A stretch of 64,000 bases of DNA from Flavobacteriales bacterium (GTDB taxonomy: Bacteria; Bacteroidota; Bacteroidia; CAIKAF01): NCBI GenBank assembly GCA_022402535.1, contig JAKRSD010000020.1, positions 221,341-285,340 of the forward strand, read 5' to 3'. The stretch's first letter is position 1; every line of letters begins with the position of its first letter. The notes beneath the pieces were generated by a model that saw only the letters and a list, made by a program, of their open reading frames with translations, ran no database searches and had not been told where the DNA came from. Shown in pieces: positions 59,564-64,000 of the stretch. The translations under genes were made by a program, and so were the position numbers.

Positions 59564-60694
59564 TTACTTGTTCACAAATTCCAATACACACTGCGTAATA
59601 TAGGCCAGCTGATCTTCAGTAAGTTCCGTATGCATGGGCAAGGAAATCACGCGGTGGCTCAACGCTTCGGCCACAGGCAAATCGCCCTCTTTATACCCTT
59701 TTAGGTTGTAGGCTTTCTGCAAATGCTGCGGAACCGGATAATACACCTTATTGGGCACTCCTTTGCTGTCTAAATAAGCGCCCAACCCATCGCGGTCAAC
59801 CCCGGTTAAAGTGATGGTATATTGGTGAAACACATGATTACTGTATGACGCCCGGAAAGGTGTTTTGATGGCCGGATGTCCTGCAAAGGCACGGTCGTAA
59901 TATTCCGCAGCCTGATTACGGGCAGCCGCGTAGCTGTCTAAATGCGGTAATTTACAAAGTAAAATAGCTGCCTGCAGAGTGTCTAACCGAGAGTTTACAC
60001 CTACCAGATCGTGGTAATAGAGGCGGGTCTGCCCGTGGTTAGCCACCTGACGGAGAACCGTGGCCAGTTCATCATCCTGGGTAAAAATGGCTCCGCCGTC
60101 GCCATAGCAGCCTAAGTTTTTACTCGGGAAAAATGACGTCGTTCCTATTGTTCCCATGGTGCCTGCCTTTTTCACGGTTCCGTCAGAAAAAGTGTATTCG
60201 GCACCCAGCGCCTGGGCCGTATCTTCTATCACAAACAGATTGTGTTGTTTAGCCAGGTTTAACAAGGGTTCCATATCGGCACATTGCCCATACAGATGTA
60301 CGGGGACAATGGCTTTCGTTTTGGGAGAAATGGCCTTTTCCACGGCATTCAGGTCCATATTGAAGGTATCGGGGTCGGTATCTACAAATACCGGAGTGAG
60401 TTTGAGCAGGGCAATGACTTCGCAGGTGGCGGCATACGTAAACGAAGGAGTTATGACTTCATCGCCGGGCTGCAGGTTCAGCGCCATCATCGCAATCTGC
60501 AACGCATCCGTTCCATTGGCGCAGGGAATTACATGTTTTACGTTGAGGTATTTTTCCAGGTCAGCCGCCAATTTTTTCACCTCAGGCCCATTGATAAACG
60601 CTCCGGCTTCGATTACTCCCATCACTGCGGCATCCAGTTCGGATTTTATTTTGCGGTACTGACCTTTGAGGTCAACCATTTCAATTTTTTGCAT
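59564..60694 (-). CDS. DegT/DnrJ/EryC1/StrS aminotransferase (WbpE-like)
   Basis: NGTDALQ, VHLYGQ, IEDTAQ, SFFPSKNLGCYGDGG, NSRLDTLQAA. Confidence 0.92.
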   Translation of the reverse strand: MQKIEMVDLKGQYRKIKSELDAAVMGVIEAGAFINGPEVKKLAADLEKYLNVKHVIPCANGTDALQIAMMALNLQPGDEVITPSFTYAATCEVIALLKLTPVFVDTDPDTFNMDLNAVEKAISPKTKAIVPVHLYGQCADMEPLLNLAKQHNLFVIEDTAQALGAEYTFSDGTVKKAGTMGTIGTTSFFPSKNLGCYGDGGAIFTQDDELATVLRQVANHGQTRLYYHDLVGVNSRLDTLQAAILLCKLPHLDSYAAARNQAAEYYDRAFAGHPAIKTPFRASYSNHVFHQYTITLTGVDRDGLGAYLDSKGVPNKVYYPVPQHLQKAYNLKGYKEGDLPVAEALSHRVISLPMHTELTEDQLAYITQCVLEFVNK

Positions 60695-60848
60695 AGTTTT
60701 TTCTAATTCCGTGCGAAATTAAGGGCAATTTATGGGAATGCCAATTTCGGGTAAAATGAGGTATACGTATTTGGAAGATTAAAATAAGCAGGCATGTTTA
60801 CCGTTTGGATTCGGTTAATATTTGTTTCTTTGAAACGCAAAATTCAAT

Positions 60849-61625
60849 ATGTATAAAATCGTACGAATAGCTGTATTCACTTTGTTGACCGTAGTGCTGA
60901 TATTCCATTCTTGTGAATCTAAGGCCCAGCGGAACGTAAAAGACTCCGTCGTGTTTATCGGCATGATGATGCCCGGGGTGTCGTTTCAGTTTCCCTACGG
61001 AGAGTTGACGAAACGAACCGGTTTTTTTTTCTCGGTGGGCGGACCTTTCCGTTTTAAATCAAAACGAAACTGGCTGGTAGGTGCCGAAGGCTATTTTACC
61101 CACGGCGGAAAAGTAAAAGAACCCGGACTGCTTCAAAACCTGAAAACCTTCAACGGCGAAATCATTAATCAGGCGGGCGAATATGCCGATATGAATATCT
61201 TTTTCAGAAGCTGGCATGTGGCCGCAGGATTCGGGAAACTGTTCCCCTGGTTCGGTCCCAACAAAAACTGTGGGATGTATTTTATGTTTTCTCCGGGTTT
61301 TATTCAGCACCGCATACGCTTTGAAGTGAGAGACAATAACGTGCAGGCCCTGCGCGGCGATTATAAAAAAGGCTACGACCGCTACAGTGGCGGTTTTGCC
61401 ATGAAACAGGAAATCGGCTACAAACAGGTGAGCAATAACCGGCGGATCAATTTTTATGTGGCGCTGGAGTTTCTGCAGGCCGCAACCCAAAGCTACCGGG
61501 GTTACAACTATGACACAGAAACCACCGATACCAAAGTGCGTTTTGACGGAATGTTTGGCATCAAAGCCGGATGGATGGTTCCTTTCTTTTCTAAAAAAGC
61601 CACGAACGAATATTATTACCGTTAA
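60849..61625 (+). CDS. Hypothetical exported protein, probable outer-membrane beta-barrel
   Basis: Signal peptide; amphipathic beta strands; KGYDR motif; C-terminal EYYYR. Confidence 0.6.
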   Translation: MYKIVRIAVFTLLTVVLIFHSCESKAQRNVKDSVVFIGMMMPGVSFQFPYGELTKRTGFFFSVGGPFRFKSKRNWLVGAEGYFTHGGKVKEPGLLQNLKTFNGEIINQAGEYADMNIFFRSWHVAAGFGKLFPWFGPNKNCGMYFMFSPGFIQHRIRFEVRDNNVQALRGDYKKGYDRYSGGFAMKQEIGYKQVSNNRRINFYVALEFLQAATQSYRGYNYDTETTDTKVRFDGMFGIKAGWMVPFFSKKATNEYYYR

Positions 61626-61633
61626 CTGCCGTT

Positions 61634-62878
61634 TTGAAATTTCTTTACCATACGGCCATCTTCCTCTACGTTTGTGGAATACGAACTGCCGCCCGGTTTA
61701 ATTCCAAAGCCAAGGCTTGGGTAAACGGGCGTAAAACTCACTCACCAAAATCTATAGAAACAGCTTCTCCAGGAACTAAAACTGTTTGGGTGCATTGTGC
61801 CTCATTGGGCGAATTTGAGCAGGGAAGGCCCGTAATTGAATCCATTAAAAAAAAATGGCCGCAAACCCGCATTGTGCTTACCTTTTTTTCACCCTCAGGT
61901 TTTGATGTGCGAAAATCGTATCCCATGGCCGACTATGTGTTTTATCTGCCGGCGGATTTACCGGGGGCGGCAGAACGGTTTTACGATCAGATAAGACCCG
62001 ATATAGGCATCATCGTAAAGTATGAATTCTGGCAGGGATTTCTGCACGAAGCGCATAAAAGAAACATTCCGCTGTTTCTGATTTCGGGGATTTTCAGAAA
62101 AAACATGCCCTTTTTTAAGCCATACGGAGCATTTTTTCGCCAAGGGTTAAAAGCTTTTCGCGTATTGTTTGTTCAGGATGCCGCCTCAGAACTGCTTTTG
62201 AAAAAATCTGGTTTTGAAGGGAAAATAAACGTTTGCGGAGATACCCGGCTCGACAGGGTATTGGAGGCGGTGAAAAATAAAGAGTCTATTCCGGTTATAT
62301 CTGCCTTTAAAGGCAATCTGCCACTTTGGGTTTGCGGAAGCACATGGCCTACCGATGATAAACTGATTCTGGAGGTGATAAAAAGGAATTCCGTTAAATG
62401 GAAAACCCTGCTCGTTCCGCATGATATACATGAGCAATATATTGCGTCCCTTTGTGAATCCCCAAAAATTGTTCGTTTATCTACGGCTAATGAACCTGAA
62501 ATTACTAATGCCGATGTATTAATTCTGGACCGTATGGGTATGCTCATGAATGCTTACGGGCATGCTGACTGGGCATATGTGGGCGGCGGGTTTGGCAAAG
62601 CCGTACACAATACCATGGAGCCGGCGGCACATGGCATTCCTGTTCTGTTCGGTCCGAATCATACCAAATTCAAAGAAATTGGCGAACTGATTACCGCGGG
62701 AGGCGGCTTTTGTGTGAACAACCTTCCGGAATTAGAAAAACAGGTTTTGTTTTTTGCGGAGCAAGAACCCGAACGCAAAGCCACCGGAAACAAAGCGGCT
62801 CAGTATGTGAACCACCACGCCGGAGCCACTTCAGTCATTGTAAAAGAATTAACCTCATTTTTATCGGCAGATGTTTAA
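61634..62878 (+). CDS. waaA: 3-deoxy-D-manno-octulosonic acid transferase
   Basis: WVHCASLGEFEQG, TFFSPSG, KYEFW, GDTRLD, YVGGGF, HNTMEPAA. Confidence 0.93.
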   Translation: MKFLYHTAIFLYVCGIRTAARFNSKAKAWVNGRKTHSPKSIETASPGTKTVWVHCASLGEFEQGRPVIESIKKKWPQTRIVLTFFSPSGFDVRKSYPMADYVFYLPADLPGAAERFYDQIRPDIGIIVKYEFWQGFLHEAHKRNIPLFLISGIFRKNMPFFKPYGAFFRQGLKAFRVLFVQDAASELLLKKSGFEGKINVCGDTRLDRVLEAVKNKESIPVISAFKGNLPLWVCGSTWPTDDKLILEVIKRNSVKWKTLLVPHDIHEQYIASLCESPKIVRLSTANEPEITNADVLILDRMGMLMNAYGHADWAYVGGGFGKAVHNTMEPAAHGIPVLFGPNHTKFKEIGELITAGGGFCVNNLPELEKQVLFFAEQEPERKATGNKAAQYVNHHAGATSVIVKELTSFLSADV

Positions 62879-62963
62879 TGTTGTTAAATTTGCTGAATTA
62901 CAATAACATAAAAAGAATCTTTGTCGTTCAAGACCACATTACCTTACCACAAAACACAAGCAT

Positions 62964-63797
62964 ATGAACATCAAAAAACATCTGTCTGCCATTTTACTAT
63001 TTGTGGCTGCCGCTTTTATTGTAGCAGCCTGCGGCAAGAAAAAATTTGAAGGAAAAAATCTGGAGGCCACTCAGGACATGGCTCTGGCCGAAAACTTATT
63101 TTCAGACTCGTTTAAACAGGTTGCCGGTGCCGGACAAGCCACTTCCGATAGTCTGAAAGCTTACAACGACCTGCTTTCCGGTTGTGGCACCTTGTCTATT
63201 ACCCCGTTTGATACCGTAAGCTGGCCCAAAACCGTTACCCTCGATTTCGGTAATGCCAATTGTGTGGGCAACGACGGCAGAGCCCGCAGAGGAAAAGTTA
63301 TCGGCGTTTTTACGAATTGGTTCCGCTCCCCGGGAACGGTGGTTACCATTGGGTTTGACAATTATCATGTAAACGACCATAAAATTATGGGCACCAAAAC
63401 CATCACCAATCAGGGGTACAACAATGCCAACCATCTGGAGTATAATGTATCGTTTCCCAATTGTCAGATTATTAAACCCAACGGGGGAGGAACCGTAAAC
63501 TGGCAAACCAACCGCACGCACGAATGGATGGAAGGCGAAAGCACGTTTACCCCTTGGGATGATGTGTGGAACATTACCGGAACAGCCAGTGGAACCAGTG
63601 CACAGGGAACAGGATTTGCCCTGAGTGTGGTGCAGGCGCTCAATGTAAAGTACGGATGCCGTTGGATTCGTGCCGGCATTTTAAATCTGGATATTGAAGG
63701 AATCAATACCATCAGCGTAAATTATGGAAATGGTGCTTGTGATGCCAACGCGGTAGCTACCTTTGAAGGACAGGAATATCCTTTCATCATGCAATAA
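62964..63797 (+). CDS. Hypothetical lipoprotein
   Basis: VAAC-GKKK lipobox; TLDFG..C...DGRARRGK and VNYGNGACD motifs typical of a Bacteroidota lipoprotein family. Confidence 0.75.
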   Translation: MNIKKHLSAILLFVAAAFIVAACGKKKFEGKNLEATQDMALAENLFSDSFKQVAGAGQATSDSLKAYNDLLSGCGTLSITPFDTVSWPKTVTLDFGNANCVGNDGRARRGKVIGVFTNWFRSPGTVVTIGFDNYHVNDHKIMGTKTITNQGYNNANHLEYNVSFPNCQIIKPNGGGTVNWQTNRTHEWMEGESTFTPWDDVWNITGTASGTSAQGTGFALSVVQALNVKYGCRWIRAGILNLDIEGINTISVNYGNGACDANAVATFEGQEYPFIMQ

Positions 63798-63816
63798 AAA
63801 TTAGGAATATATTGAT

Positions 63817-63842
63817 AAAAAGCTCCCATCGGGGGCTTTTTT
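63817..63842. terminator. Bidirectional terminator
   Basis: AAAAAGCTCCC-ATC-GGGGGCTTTTTT between convergent genes. Confidence 0.75.
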
Positions 63843-63845
63843 GTT

Positions 63846-64000
63846 TTAGGACAATCTGGAAGAAATGAGGCTTAAAAACTCTCTGCGGGTACTTTGATCC
63901 GATAAGAATTCGCCCACAAATGCCGATGTGGTGGTAGAGCTGTTTTGTTTTTCTACACCGCGCATCTGCATGCAGAGGTGACGTGCTTCAATAACCACTG
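63846..64000 (-). CDS. folE: GTP cyclohydrolase I, 3' end (partial)
   Basis: [50 protein letters not shown]. Confidence 0.93.
   Translation of the reverse strand, partial: VVIEARHLCMQMRGVEKQNSSTTTSAFVGEFLSDQSTRREFLSLISSRLS

Overview
Core chromosomal segment of a Bacteroidota bacterium, probably Flavobacteriales/Cryomorphaceae-like. Evidence for the assignment: TAnnTTTG promoters, T9SS C-terminal sorting domains, tandem exbD and an ACIII-aa3 operon. The largest unit is an 11.5-kb respiratory operon (actABCDEF + coxB/coxA) with a Fur-box-like palindrome upstream. Other content: housekeeping genes (lptG, pabB, tilS, aspS, purQ, rbfA, metG, sodA, prc, waaA, partial folE), an MBOAT + 2xSGNH O-acetylation cluster, several T9SS cargo proteins and a small AT-rich accessory patch after aspS (Fic-HTH, lipoprotein, ankyrin, fasciclin). 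I see no rRNA, tRNA, CRISPR, transposase, integrase or prophage. The most interesting unexplained signals are non-coding: (1) a short apparently non-coding unit bounded by a promoter and terminator, just downstream of a TPR-TM-LuxR sensor and carrying a direct-repeat operator; (2) a second structured RNA candidate between a LexA-like gene and metG; (3) phased ATACG repeats over the fic promoter; (4) a 40-bp hairpin element present twice, one copy sitting inside a REP-like palindrome. All calls come from reading the sequence by eye; no searches were run.
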